Shown in pieces: positions 52,912-63,406 of a stretch of 64,000 bases of DNA. Under the pieces are notes generated by a model. It had not been told where the DNA came from. It saw only the letters and a list, made by a program, of their open reading frames with translations, and did not search any database. How positions within the stretch are numbered: the stretch's first letter is position 1; the number at the start of each line of letters is the position of its first letter. Origin of the DNA: a virus; IMG/VR virus record IMGVR_UViG_3300006754_000011, positions 10,206 through 74,205 of that record, one strand, 5' to 3'. The position numbers and the translations under genes were made by a program.

Positions 52912-52958
52912 GTGTGCAAAGGATCGTGGGTTGAGGGTGGTGCCTTAACCCTTTTTTT
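52912..52958 (+). ncRNA. Candidate ~47-nt trans-acting sRNA (seed GUGUGCAAAGGAUC)
   Basis: Promoter, 16-nt unpaired 5' end, 9-bp GGGUUGAGG/CCUUAACCC stem and U7; seed complementary to about 9 early-gene leaders. Confidence 0.7.
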
Positions 52959-53292
52959 ATGCATATATTCAAGACTGGTAGCGGGCGTGAATTTATGTGT
53001 AATTCTGTTTGTATCCAGATGAACCTTACTACTCATCTTACAAATAAAAATATTAATTTTTTATACTTTTATTCTTCAGAGAAGTAATAAAGTTTTTTTA
53101 GATATTCATTATAACCAAGAGTAAAACATTCAGTAAAAAATTCACTGGCTGCCATATCTTTTTTAATTAATGTATGTGCTTTTAAATCTTTAATGAAGCA
53201 ATTGATTTCATTTGCTTCTTTTTCTCCACCAATTGGAAGAACTATCTGATAACGTGACTCAACCATAAAAGGTTTCAGCTTCCTTAGATAGT

Positions 53293-53562
53293 CTACTCTG
53301 CTTTAGATGTAAGATCATTCAACATCAGGAATCGCTTAACTTCTTGATTAGGAGCTTCAATTAGTTTATTAATAGTCTTTAACTTCTTTTCAGCAGTTAA
53401 AGCTCGTTCACTCCAGTAAGCAAGAAGTTGATTGGTACTTCCTAGTTCAGTTTCAAGAGCTGTTTGAAATAAAGATGAAGGACTTATATCAAGGTCAGAT
53501 TCTTTCCACCTGGTAAAGAGTTCATCAGGCACGCTGACGCTAACAACTTGAGCCACTCGCAA
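53293..53562 (-). CDS. Ribbon-helix-helix protein
   Basis: VVSVSVPDELFTRWK...ISPSSLFQTAL. Confidence 0.6.
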   Translation of the reverse strand: MRVAQVVSVSVPDELFTRWKESDLDISPSSLFQTALETELGSTNQLLAYWSERALTAEKKLKTINKLIEAPNQEVKRFLMLNDLTSKAE

Positions 53563-54635
53563 CCATTAAAGAGATGCACTTAAAATAACATGGATAGCTT
53601 ATGTAAGCCATATTCATTTTTTAATAACTTTATGAAATTCTTTTTCAAGACTTTCAATTGTTTTAGTAACTGGATAGGGTTCAGTTACGATTACGTTTTC
53701 TTTAGGAAGAAGTGCTCGCATTGAGTTTGCATACTCTTCTGCTTCCTCTATGTAAGGAAAGAATGGAGTATAAAGCTTTGTATCTCCTTCTGTTTCTATC
53801 CTAACGAAAACACAATACGAAACGTTGTTCTCATTGGTAATAAACATAAGTAGTACTTAGACGATAGGGATAGGACCAGACTTATAAAATAGATCAGGAT
53901 GAGCCTGAACAGCCAAGTCAGCTTCATGATAGTCCCTTACTACCTTGATGACTTCATTTTTGCCATTAGCACATTTCATCATGATGGTCCACACCAACAC
54001 GATGGGGTGTTCATTTGTAGTATTCATCATTTTCACCAAGTAATTTATTATGCAGTATATAAATCTATCCTTATGCAACATGTCTGTATCAAGATAGATA
54101 CGACCAATAGTTTAGAGAATTTGTGTGCCTCATTGAACTTTTTAGATTTTAAAATCTTTTGAAAGTCTTAAACATCTTTGGAACTCTCTCAATCAATCTG
54201 GCAATTTGCCAGGACTTTAAGCCTTTGATAGAGCGTAATTTATAAACTTTATCAAGACTTAATAGGATCACAAGCACAGAAAGTACATCATAAGATGCAT
54301 AGATGTATTTTTTAGTACGCTTATATCCTTTTGTGAATTTCATGATAGAAGACTGCCGATAGTTTCAAGTGTTATGTCGAAACGATTTAAATACTTTTCA
54401 GCATCATCTTCGTCACCTCCATGCATTTCAAGAACATCTTTAATTAGAAGTTTTGGATCAGGAGTATATCCTTTATGTTTGTAAACTTCTGAAATATAAG
54501 ACTCTCTTAAATGTGCAAGTGCAAATTCTTTAAGAGTTTCTTGATCCCATTGTTCAACAACCTCATGCGTAAAAGCATTCCAAAGCTTCTCTACCTTGTC
54601 GGGAGTCAATATATTCATGGCTTAGACCTTTAGCC

Positions 54636-55031
54636 TTAGCCTCCATCTATTTGGCAGCCAAGCATAGCGCCTGCGGCACCTCCTGCTGGTACTGCCCACC
54701 ATCTATCTTTGCCACGTGTTCCTGACATTGTGAGACCTGCTCCTAGCAGTCCTCCAATAACAGTACCTTCAGAGCAATCATTATCATCTACCTCTTTTAT
54801 TCTGTGAGGATGAGAATAGATAGCTGTTGGTCTAGAAGTTGTACAAGGAACTTCAACAGTTTCATCCCAGGCTTTTACATAGCCAGGAGAATTTCTAGTG
54901 CCAGGTACATATTCTTCTCTGTATTCATTACGAGTACATGTTTGAGAAGATGAATAACCTGGTTGATACTCTGCAGCTAAAGTTGGTGTTGCTGTAAACA
55001 GAGTAATAAGAGCTGTGCAAAAGAGTTTCAT
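54636..55031 (-). CDS. Secreted glycine-zipper protein
   Basis: Signal peptide; DDNDCSEGTVIGGLLGAG...GAAGAMLGCQIDGG. Confidence 0.7.
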   Translation of the reverse strand: MKLFCTALITLFTATPTLAAEYQPGYSSSQTCTRNEYREEYVPGTRNSPGYVKAWDETVEVPCTTSRPTAIYSHPHRIKEVDDNDCSEGTVIGGLLGAGLTMSGTRGKDRWWAVPAGGAAGAMLGCQIDGG

Positions 55032-57837
55032 TTCATTCTTTTAAATTGGGAATTCGTTCAAATTTTTCATTAACACACGAATCACAGATTACTCCGTGGC
55101 CTGAAAAGTAATGAACATGATGTGGTTCAGAACAATCTGGGCATGTTACTAAGCGTACTCCTTCAGGAGGATACCGGCCTTCTGTTTTTTCATCGAGAAC
55201 TGTAGTAGCAAACGTGGAGGTAATCATAATTCATGACATACATTCCACTCTAAATCTAGAGTATTTAAATAATTTAAAAATTGATTTGAATCTTTAGGAT
55301 CAATTCCATCTTGATGTGGAATGCTTACTGTTGTCCAACATTCTGCAGGACCATACTCTTCTGGTGAAGCTTGGTCAGGAGGATTATAGACAGCAGGATG
55401 AATAACTATTTGGTCTTCTACGATAGCAGTTATTTCATAAATACATTCGTCATTATCAAGAAGAATATCATCATAGGATTCAACAGATAAGATAGACATT
55501 TTTCTTAAGAGTTAGTGAATTTAAAATAGATCTATGAATATTAATCTAGGCCGAAGTGAGAAGTAGTTACAGTAGTCATCGTTTAGCTGGTGGTAATTCT
55601 TTACAATCAGGTGTTCCAATGTCACCTTTGACAAGACCAGGTGCCTTTGGAGAATTTGCTAATGCACTTAATCGAGTGGGCAAAATAAATTTTCCAAAGG
55701 GAGAACAATTTTTAAAACAAACTATTGATACACATAAAGGTCCAATAGTCATGACAATGGCTGAAATGTTTGCTAGACCTGGACAACAAGCAGCAGAACT
55801 TATTCAAAGAGTAGCAACTACTTTGAATGTTGCTAATGCACCTAATAAACCACATAATTTAATTACAGTTAACCCTCAAGTTTTAAGTGGATTACAGAAT
55901 CTAGGAAGAAATCTTAAAGGTATTGCAGCAGTTGATTTTGATTGGCATCCTTCATTAGGATATAAACCAATGGAAGGACCACCTGGTGGATTTGGTAGAG
56001 CTGATACTTCAAAAATTACTAGAGCAGTAGAAGATGCATTTCATAATAAAATCGTACCTGTTGTTCAACATTTAAATCCAGGTAAAACTGTTTGGTTACA
56101 AAATGATCCAACTACATTAAGCAGAGCTAAGCTTTATTCATCAGATTATTTACCACATGGTCGTGCCATGGGTCCATTAGATCCTACAGGTATGCAACAT
56201 AGTTTAATTTTACCTTCAGGACGAACACAAGGAATAGAACTTTTAGGAGGTCCTATACCTTCTAATCTTGCTGCATTTTTATCTAAAGAAGTTTAAAACC
56301 ACTTAGATTTTTTAACAGGATTCTTAATCGTTGAAGTAGAAGTTGTCGCTACTTTATTAGCAGGAGAACGATGATACATTTTTCTATCGAAATGTAAATC
56401 GATTCGTTTCTTACCCCAGTAAAGAGCAACAATCCAAAGAGTAAAGAGGAAGCCCTCTAAATAACTCATTGAATTCCAAGCATCAGTGGCTGCTTCCATA
56501 GTTATCCTCTACTTTGTTGATGGTAACATAAAGTTTTTCTGGTCTTTCTTCAGGAAAGAATTGATCAAAGACAGGACATAACCAGATTTCCATTTCTAGA
56601 TCTTCAGGATCTTCTATATCATCTGGAATATCTACTGGAAAATAGATACTGCCATCATCTTCTGCTCTTACATAGTAAAGAGTCAGATCATTCTTATCAC
56701 CAGACCATTTCTTACTACTAAAGATTACTTCAATTTTAGATACAGATTGATCTTTATATTTACGTTCAAGTAATTTATTAATTAATTTAGTAGCTGCTGG
56801 CATTAATGGTTCATCTTTTATAAGAGAACTATCTTCAAATGTGTAATCAAAGCACCAAAGATCACCTCCTTCTTCAAAGGCATGATGTTGTGGTGTACAA
56901 ATAACAGAGAACATTAAAAGGTCAGACATAAGGTTTATAGAAAAACGCGACAGAAAATAATTCCATCGCGTTTATTTAAAGATTACAATTCATCAAGTCT
57001 ACCGATCAAAAAATCTTCAGGTCGTTTAGAAAAAGTTTCTTCAACACCTGTCCAATCTTCTGGATCAGTTTCCATCATCAACCTTCGCTGTTCTTCAACA
57101 GCGTCAGCTGCTATGAAATTTAGATCTTGTTCATAGTCTTTAAAGTAAGAGCTACACACAGTTGAAGTCATTTTACTAAGTCCTTGGCCATTTTATAAGC
57201 AGTATTCTTTATCTCAGTTTCGTAAGAAGTAACAGGAGTTTTAACTTCATGTTCTCTTTCTAATTGAGATAAAACATCTGTATAAAAAGGAGTACCTGGA
57301 CCATAACGTTCAACTGTATATTCTGGGAACGCTTTTATAATGCGTTCTTTATTTTCTGAACTTGCATAAGCAAGTGTTTGAGATAACGCTTTAACAAAGG
57401 AGCCACCAAAGGTAGCCATACCTTCTCGCATTCGTAACATCTCTTCAGAATTCATTGGTGTGATAGCAAAGGAATAGTAGTGGACTTACACCTCCTAACC
57501 AGAAATGGATGTAGGGATGCCACTCACTATTAAGGATGATTAATTGTATTTTTAAGGAATATATATAGCAAGATAACTACACATATCCAAACAATAAAAC
57601 TAGTCATAATTAATCCCAGATGTTAAAGACATCTGCTTCACCTACACGATAACTATCTACTTGAGTAGTAGACTTGTTACCAATGATATGAAAAACTTTA
57701 GAGGCTGCTAATCTAAATGCATGAACAGTAAGTTGTCCAAGAGCTGATCTATTGCTAGATTCAATTCTTACTGGATCAGTACTGCCAAGATTACCGCCAA
57801 TAGGATCGTAAGTCATAATTAAATAGCAAAGGATTAA

Positions 57838-57867
57838 TAAGACTTTTAAAGTCATTCTTCAGGACTA
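57838..57867 (-). repeat. Leader pseudoknot copy 2
   Basis: AGUC-CUGAAGAAU-GACU-UUAAAAG-UCUU. Confidence 0.65.
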
Positions 57868-57978
57868 TTCGGTTGTCACTCCCTTTTAGGTGTAACAACT
57901 ATAGCGAATCGTGGATACCGAAGCTCTTACTTCGGTTCTCCTCGTTTTAAAATGTTATAAATCAAGTAAGAATGTATT

Positions 57979-58398
57979 ATGAACTCTAAAAAACTGAAGA
58001 CAATGATTACTCTTCCGTATCAGTCAGCCTTTGATATGCTTGACAGACTTGAACAACAGTTTTCTACTGTTGCAGGTATTCCTTCTGCTGAAATCTTAGA
58101 AGATCAAGACTTATACATAATCAGATTGGAATTACCTGGAGCTGATAAGGAATCTATAGATATTAAAGCTACAGATCGTACTTTAATTGTCACAGCTAAT
58201 CGAAAGATTATAGATGATCCAAAGAAAGTAACAAAAGTAGTTAATGAGTTTCGTTATGAATCTTGGAAAAGAATGTTTACCTTCTCTAATAATTTAGATA
58301 GAGATAAACTTGAAGCTAATTACAAAGATGGAATCTTAGAAATTAAAGCTAACAAAACAGAGGCTCATACATCTGTTACTGTCAATGTAAATGATTAA
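57979..58398 (+). CDS. Small heat-shock protein Hsp20
   Basis: IRLELPGADKESIDI...EFRY..WKR.F...EANYKDGILEI. Confidence 0.9.
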   Translation: MNSKKLKTMITLPYQSAFDMLDRLEQQFSTVAGIPSAEILEDQDLYIIRLELPGADKESIDIKATDRTLIVTANRKIIDDPKKVTKVVNEFRYESWKRMFTFSNNLDRDKLEANYKDGILEIKANKTEAHTSVTVNVND

Positions 58399-58695
58399 TA
58401 GCCATAGCCACTATCATTATCATCATCATTTCCTAGGATTAAAATCCAAAGCCAGATTAATCCTAGGACTAACATTAAACTTTCAAATAGCGGAGTAGAA
58501 AGCATTAAAGATAAGCCTTAGAGATGTTGGTAGCGAAACCAATAAGAGTGACACCAGCTGCTAGTACTGCTGCAGCACCTATCACCCATTTCTCTACCAC
58601 TTTTAAACGTTCTCTTAATTCTTCTTGCTTTTCTTCAAGACGTTCAATCTTGAGTTGCATGACAGTAATTTTTGTCTCTTGTGTTGCGTCAAGAC

Positions 58696-59394
58696 CTAGC
58701 TCTGACATGTTAAAGGAATCCATTGATCTGGATTAATTATACACATTTCATTATCCATTTCTAGGTTTGCTTTACCTGTCACAATAATGTCATAGATAAT
58801 TGAATATCTATTTATTGATCCACGATACAAATTAACTTCATGTTCTACACTGGAAGGAAAAATAATTAGTTGATTTGTAACAGGAGTATATTCTCCTGAA
58901 TCATATGATAAATATAATTGTTCTTCAAGATGCGGAGCTAGTGGGATATAACGTATAGGATGAGTCGGTGAAGCATGTAATTTTAATTCACCTCCTGTAT
59001 TTTCATTGGGATCTGTTTGTAAATAAAAGACCACACTTAAATGTGAATTCGGATGAGTATGTTTCTCAATAGTATTGACATCTATTGCTGTTCTTTGAGT
59101 AGGATCACAAACTACAGGCCAAGATTTTGATGCAAAGAGATCAAGAGTATTGATATTAATACCAAATTCTTTTAGATACTGATAACAATGTTTAGCAATC
59201 TCTTTATTTAACCAGGTAAACTCTTTATCTTTAGAGATTTGAAAAGCATTAACAGTATCTCCCGTTATGCTGTACATACTTTCATTACTTTTAATAAACT
59301 CTTCTACATAGTCGAGCATTCCTTGACGCTCTTCATCAGAAGGGTTTAAGTATTCAGTATATATAGCAGTAGGAAACCAGAGATCTATTGTCAT
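58696..59394 (-). CDS. 2OG-Fe(II) oxygenase (TIGR02466-like)
   Basis: WFPTAIY, HTHPNSHLSVVFY, LIIFPSSVEHEV, RYSI. Confidence 0.85.
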   Translation of the reverse strand: MTIDLWFPTAIYTEYLNPSDEERQGMLDYVEEFIKSNESMYSITGDTVNAFQISKDKEFTWLNKEIAKHCYQYLKEFGININTLDLFASKSWPVVCDPTQRTAIDVNTIEKHTHPNSHLSVVFYLQTDPNENTGGELKLHASPTHPIRYIPLAPHLEEQLYLSYDSGEYTPVTNQLIIFPSSVEHEVNLYRGSINRYSIIYDIIVTGKANLEMDNEMCIINPDQWIPLTCQS

Positions 59395-60943
59395 TTAATA
59401 TATCTCTAAGATTTTATTAGGACTTTATATTCGTGTTTTAATTTACCTTCTTTATAAACATGAGCTTTAGTTATGTATCTATCACTCATTATGCGAGCAA
59501 AGTGTTGGCATACATGTCCATTCTTAAAGTAAAAATGAGTTGTCATGTTATCAAACTTACATGACCATTTGCCTTCATCCTCTTTACAACGTTTCTTAAT
59601 AGTGAGAGCAATTTTCTTATCTAATTCTTTATTGACTTCTCTAGAGTTATAGAATGTTAATGGATAATAATTAGCCATTAGGTAACCTCCTCTTGTAGGG
59701 TTGTGCAATCAATTCGTTCATCATCCTGATAACAAATAATTTTCTTATACTTATCTTCTCTTTGCTCCATATAATTACGAGCAAGTAAAGGATTGATAGA
59801 TACTTTGGCATAATATTCAAAATCAATATCATAGCCACTATCATTATGGTTTAAAAAGAGAGAAATATAACAACCTTCAACAGGAACTTGTACAGAATGC
59901 TTAACTTGCGTTAAATACTTAGTTGCATGTTCTTTAATCATATTGTGAGTACAAATTGTACCTGGATTAACAATTTTTAAGAAACCTATTGTAGCGTCAA
60001 GTTCATAGTCATCCCAATGAATTGTTGGTTGATGTGCTGTTGTAATTGGAAGCATGAATTAATTTCCTATATATAAGGTAAATAACGCGAGCGTTAAAAT
60101 TATAGACGATGATTCCATGAATGCTCTTAATGTTAACTTTGCTGTAGTCATCAGAATAAAATGCAGTCAGAGAAGACTGCAGAGAATCTAATCGATTCAG
60201 TGCAATCATCAAGTATCTTTAACATATTGGAATGATTAAGACAACATAAAAAAACCAGAGAAGTTTTACCTCCTCTGGCCTTATTGTTATAGAGAACTAG
60301 CTAATCTCCAGAGTCTGAAGCTTAACTTTAGTATCCTCTATAAATTTGGAAACTTTAGGTGCAACATATGCATAAAGTTTCTTGCCGTCCTCCATTAAGT
60401 TATTCCATTCTTTGGTATGTTCATCAGTTCTTAACCTGAAATCACTTTCATAGCTAAGACGAGACTTACCAAACAAAGGAATCATCTGTGGAGTACCTTC
60501 TTTGAGAGAAGAGATGTGCTCTTCTAAGCTGGTAATCTTGGCTTCTAAAGTTGCCTTCTCTTGATCAGTCATTACTTTCTGTTCTTCCATCAATAGATTT
60601 AAACGCTCATTCGTAGAATAAGCCATAGATAACTCAGCAGCTTGCGAAGCTAGTGCTTGTTCTCTTTCTATTATGGTAGAGGAGATTGTTTTGAATGATT
60701 TATAAAAAGACTCTTTAGAACCTCTCTTGTACTCAGCAAGTAAATTTAACTGAGCAGGAGTCATGTTACTAACATCATCTTCGATAACTTCAGCAACCTC
60801 TGAGTTAATTTCTAACTGTTCGGTAGCTGTAGGAACTTCAGTAGTGACATTAGTTTCCATAGCCACGATTGGCATAGAAGAAGCTTGTCTTCTAGCTCTC
60901 TTAGAGGTGTTACGTCTAGACATAAATCTAGTGCAAGGGACAA

Positions 60944-60970
60944 GAGCCTTTTAAAGACGTACTCAGGTCA
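60944..60970 (-). repeat. Leader pseudoknot copy 3
   Basis: GAC-CUGAGUAC-GUC-UUUAAAAG-GCUC. Confidence 0.7.
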
Positions 60971-61022
60971 AAAGTTGAGGGAGGAATTGCACCTCCCCAA
61001 GGTCACTAGACTCAACTCACTA

Positions 61023-61394
61023 CTAAGAAGTAGCTACAACTTCCTTGTTGCTTTCAGCTTCAACACGTTGTGCTCGGCTGGCTTCACCAAGTCTTACGGT
61101 TATAGGACTGTCAGTTAAGACAACCTCCATACGACTGCGACGCTCACCATTCTCTGTTTCCCAAGTCTTATAAAGAAGCCTATAAGTTACAGAGATAGTG
61201 TCGCCTTGGTTGTAGCGACTAAGGATGTTGTTACCAATACCGTTGTACGCGGTAAGAGGTATGGCAGAATCTTCATCAGAACTGCCAACAGGCTTCACTC
61301 GAAACTCTGTTACTGTAAAGGAACCTTTAGGATTCCTCTGAGCAATACGAGAGACGATAGTGCCTGTGATACCACCGAAGTTGGTAGGATTCAT
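61023..61394 (-). CDS. ssb: Single-stranded DNA-binding protein (start at 61394, after GGAG)
   Basis: GDTISVTYRLLYKTWETENGERRSRMEV; OB-fold pattern. Confidence 0.7.
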   Translation of the reverse strand: MNPTNFGGITGTIVSRIAQRNPKGSFTVTEFRVKPVGSSDEDSAIPLTAYNGIGNNILSRYNQGDTISVTYRLLYKTWETENGERRSRMEVVLTDSPITVRLGEASRAQRVEAESNKEVVATS

Positions 61395-61420
61395 GGATAA
61401 ACTCCATAAGGTGTACAAAG

Positions 61421-61447
61421 GAATAGTTTTGTGACTTATTCAGGTCA
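61421..61447 (-). repeat. Leader pseudoknot copy 4
   Basis: UGAC-CUGAAUAA-GUCA-CAAAAC-UAUUC. Confidence 0.7.
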
Positions 61448-62054
61448 ATGCCATGCCAGGGGATTTGATCCCCCAGCTCATGCTTATGACATGGCAGCTT
61501 TAGTGCATGAATGTTTTTCATAGCAATCTCTCATCTGTTCAAGAAATTCTTTAACAGATGTATCTGGAACAACAGTAGAAACATCTTCTGTCTTCCAGTA
61601 AGGATTACCTTCAGAATCAATCATCTGAACTTGATATTCAAGAGCGTGTAATTGCCTACCTGGTAGATAAGCAACACGATCAAATTCTGGGCTTAAAGGA
61701 TAAGTCCAAGGTTGAATACGTGGCATTGTAATAATGCAAAGGACAAGGGAATGAATCCCTCAGTCTGCCTAAGAAAAGGCAGAGGGAGAGAGTCAGTTAG
61801 TTGAGTAACCTTTCTCTTGGCAGAACCTCATGTGCCTATCATGTTGTTCTGGAGACCAGTCTTGAGTGAGACATTGCATTCTCGAAAAGTAATTGAAGGA
61901 AGTAATTGTCACTAAAGGATAAGTAATTCCAACAGTTAATATGAAAGTACAAGTCGCAAGAAAGGCTTTTGTGTGGTAGTCCATAGTGTTAATACGAATG
62001 ATTAAGAAAAAATAAAGACCAGAAGATATAACTCCTGGTCTAAATCTTGTCTGC

Positions 62055-62288
62055 TTAGTTGTTAACTAGACCTCTAAGACTTAAATCAATGCTCTCGCAT
62101 TTCTTGTAGCCTTTGTTGTCTATTAAACTCTTTACAGACTTCCGAATCACTGCGATTGGAGCACTCAACATGGTGTAACGACTGCAACCATTAGCAGGAT
62201 CAACATGCAATAGTTCAGCCATATCACCATGTACATTCACGAGATAAGCATCATGAATGTTCTTTTGATATTGAAAAGAAGCCCACAT
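62055..62288 (-). CDS. Hypothetical early protein (start MWASFQ at 62288)
   Basis: ATG 8 nt downstream of the shared leader motif. Confidence 0.5.
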   Translation of the reverse strand: MWASFQYQKNIHDAYLVNVHGDMAELLHVDPANGCSRYTMLSAPIAVIRKSVKSLIDNKGYKKCESIDLSLRGLVNN

Positions 62289-62718
62289 GGTGGTAAGTGC
62301 GAAGGACACAGGGAAGAACCCTGTAGGAAATCCACCTCCCAAGAAGGGAGGAAGGACTAAGTACAGAGATCACTTGGTCTCTACAAATTCAACGAAATCA
62401 CTTACATCAACTTCGACTTTGCTGACAGGAGAAGGTACAACCTCAAGTTTCTTGGGTTCTACTTTCTTGGCAGCGCGAGGCTTTCTAGTAGCTTTCGCTT
62501 TAGTTGTAGATTTAGTTACCTCTATTGCATCAGGTCTTATCCACTCAGCAAGTTGAACTCTTGCTTCGTCGGTCTTAGCTCTTATTGCGGTACGTAGCTT
62601 AGATTTCTCATCGGTGGTAGCACCAAGGAAACTCAAGACTCCAGTACCAGCAACAAGTCCAGTGCCGAGGAGTAAGACAGCTTGATTACCTTTCATGGTA
62701 GAAAGTGCAAAGGATAAC

Positions 62719-62745
62719 GAATAGTTTTAAGACATATTCAGGTCA
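62719..62745 (-). repeat. Leader pseudoknot copy 5
   Basis: GAC-CUGAAUAU-GUC-UUAAAAC-UAUUC. Confidence 0.7.
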
Positions 62746-63129
62746 AAACCGAGGGTGAGGAATTGAACCTCTCCAACACATATAAAATGTGTTCCATCAT
62801 CTCGGCTCGATTTATCGTCTCGATAGACGACACCTGTTGGTGCTAAGAGAGGATGTGGACTGTATAGACTGACCTGCTGCAGACAGGCCAGCCACGAGGA
62901 ACCATCTCGCAACATTTACGACTACTTGGTTAGGTAGAAGGCAGAGAACGACTCTGCATATTTAGCCACCAGGCGTTACCTGGCTCTGGTGAGGACCACT
63001 CACACATTTCCGACCTGCTGGTTAGACAGGAAGGCTACGTTTAACGTCCAGCTTGACGCGAATGATAGATATAAAGAAAGCTATGTTTAACGTCAGGGAC
63101 AGCTCGACGGACGAATAAATGAAGCATTT

Positions 63130-63156
63130 AGCAGTTTAAAGACATGCTTAGGTCTT
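63130..63156 (-). repeat. Leader pseudoknot copy 6
   Basis: AAGAC-CUAAGCAU-GUCUU-UAAAC-UGCU. Confidence 0.7.
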
Positions 63157-63165
63157 GAGCTATTG

Positions 63166-63333
63166 CTAGCTCAGTGAAGCTTGGAACTCTGCTAATTCAT
63201 CGTGTGGGAAATCTGAACAGACTTCACCACCCGAATCCTTAGCAAAGGACTCAGCTTCCACTAGAGAATTAAATTCCCTAGTGTCAGGACACATACGTCC
63301 ACCGCGGTCGACGTAGAAATCCACATAAAACAT
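63166..63333 (-). CDS. Small acidic protein (55 aa, MFYVDFYVDRGG...), absent from the ORF track
   Basis: GGAGG SD 6 nt upstream of the ATG; clean ORF. Confidence 0.65.
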   Translation of the reverse strand: MFYVDFYVDRGGRMCPDTREFNSLVEAESFAKDSGGEVCSDFPHDELAEFQASLS

Positions 63334-63379
63334 GGATAACCTCCATGAGTGCGGTGCTCATCTCCGCTGGGAGCTGACG

Positions 63380-63406
63380 AAATAGTTTAAAGACATACTT
63401 AGGTCT
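63380..63406 (-). repeat. Leader pseudoknot copy 7
   Basis: AGAC-CUAAGUAU-GUCU-UUAAAC-UAUUU. Confidence 0.7.

Noticed and set aside
52897-52925. Seed word at 52914 as the leader motif of a minus-strand gene
   Set aside because: The nearby minus-strand ATGs open only 2-7-codon frames, and the next real start is about 115 nt away. Promoter and terminator polarity point to the + strand.
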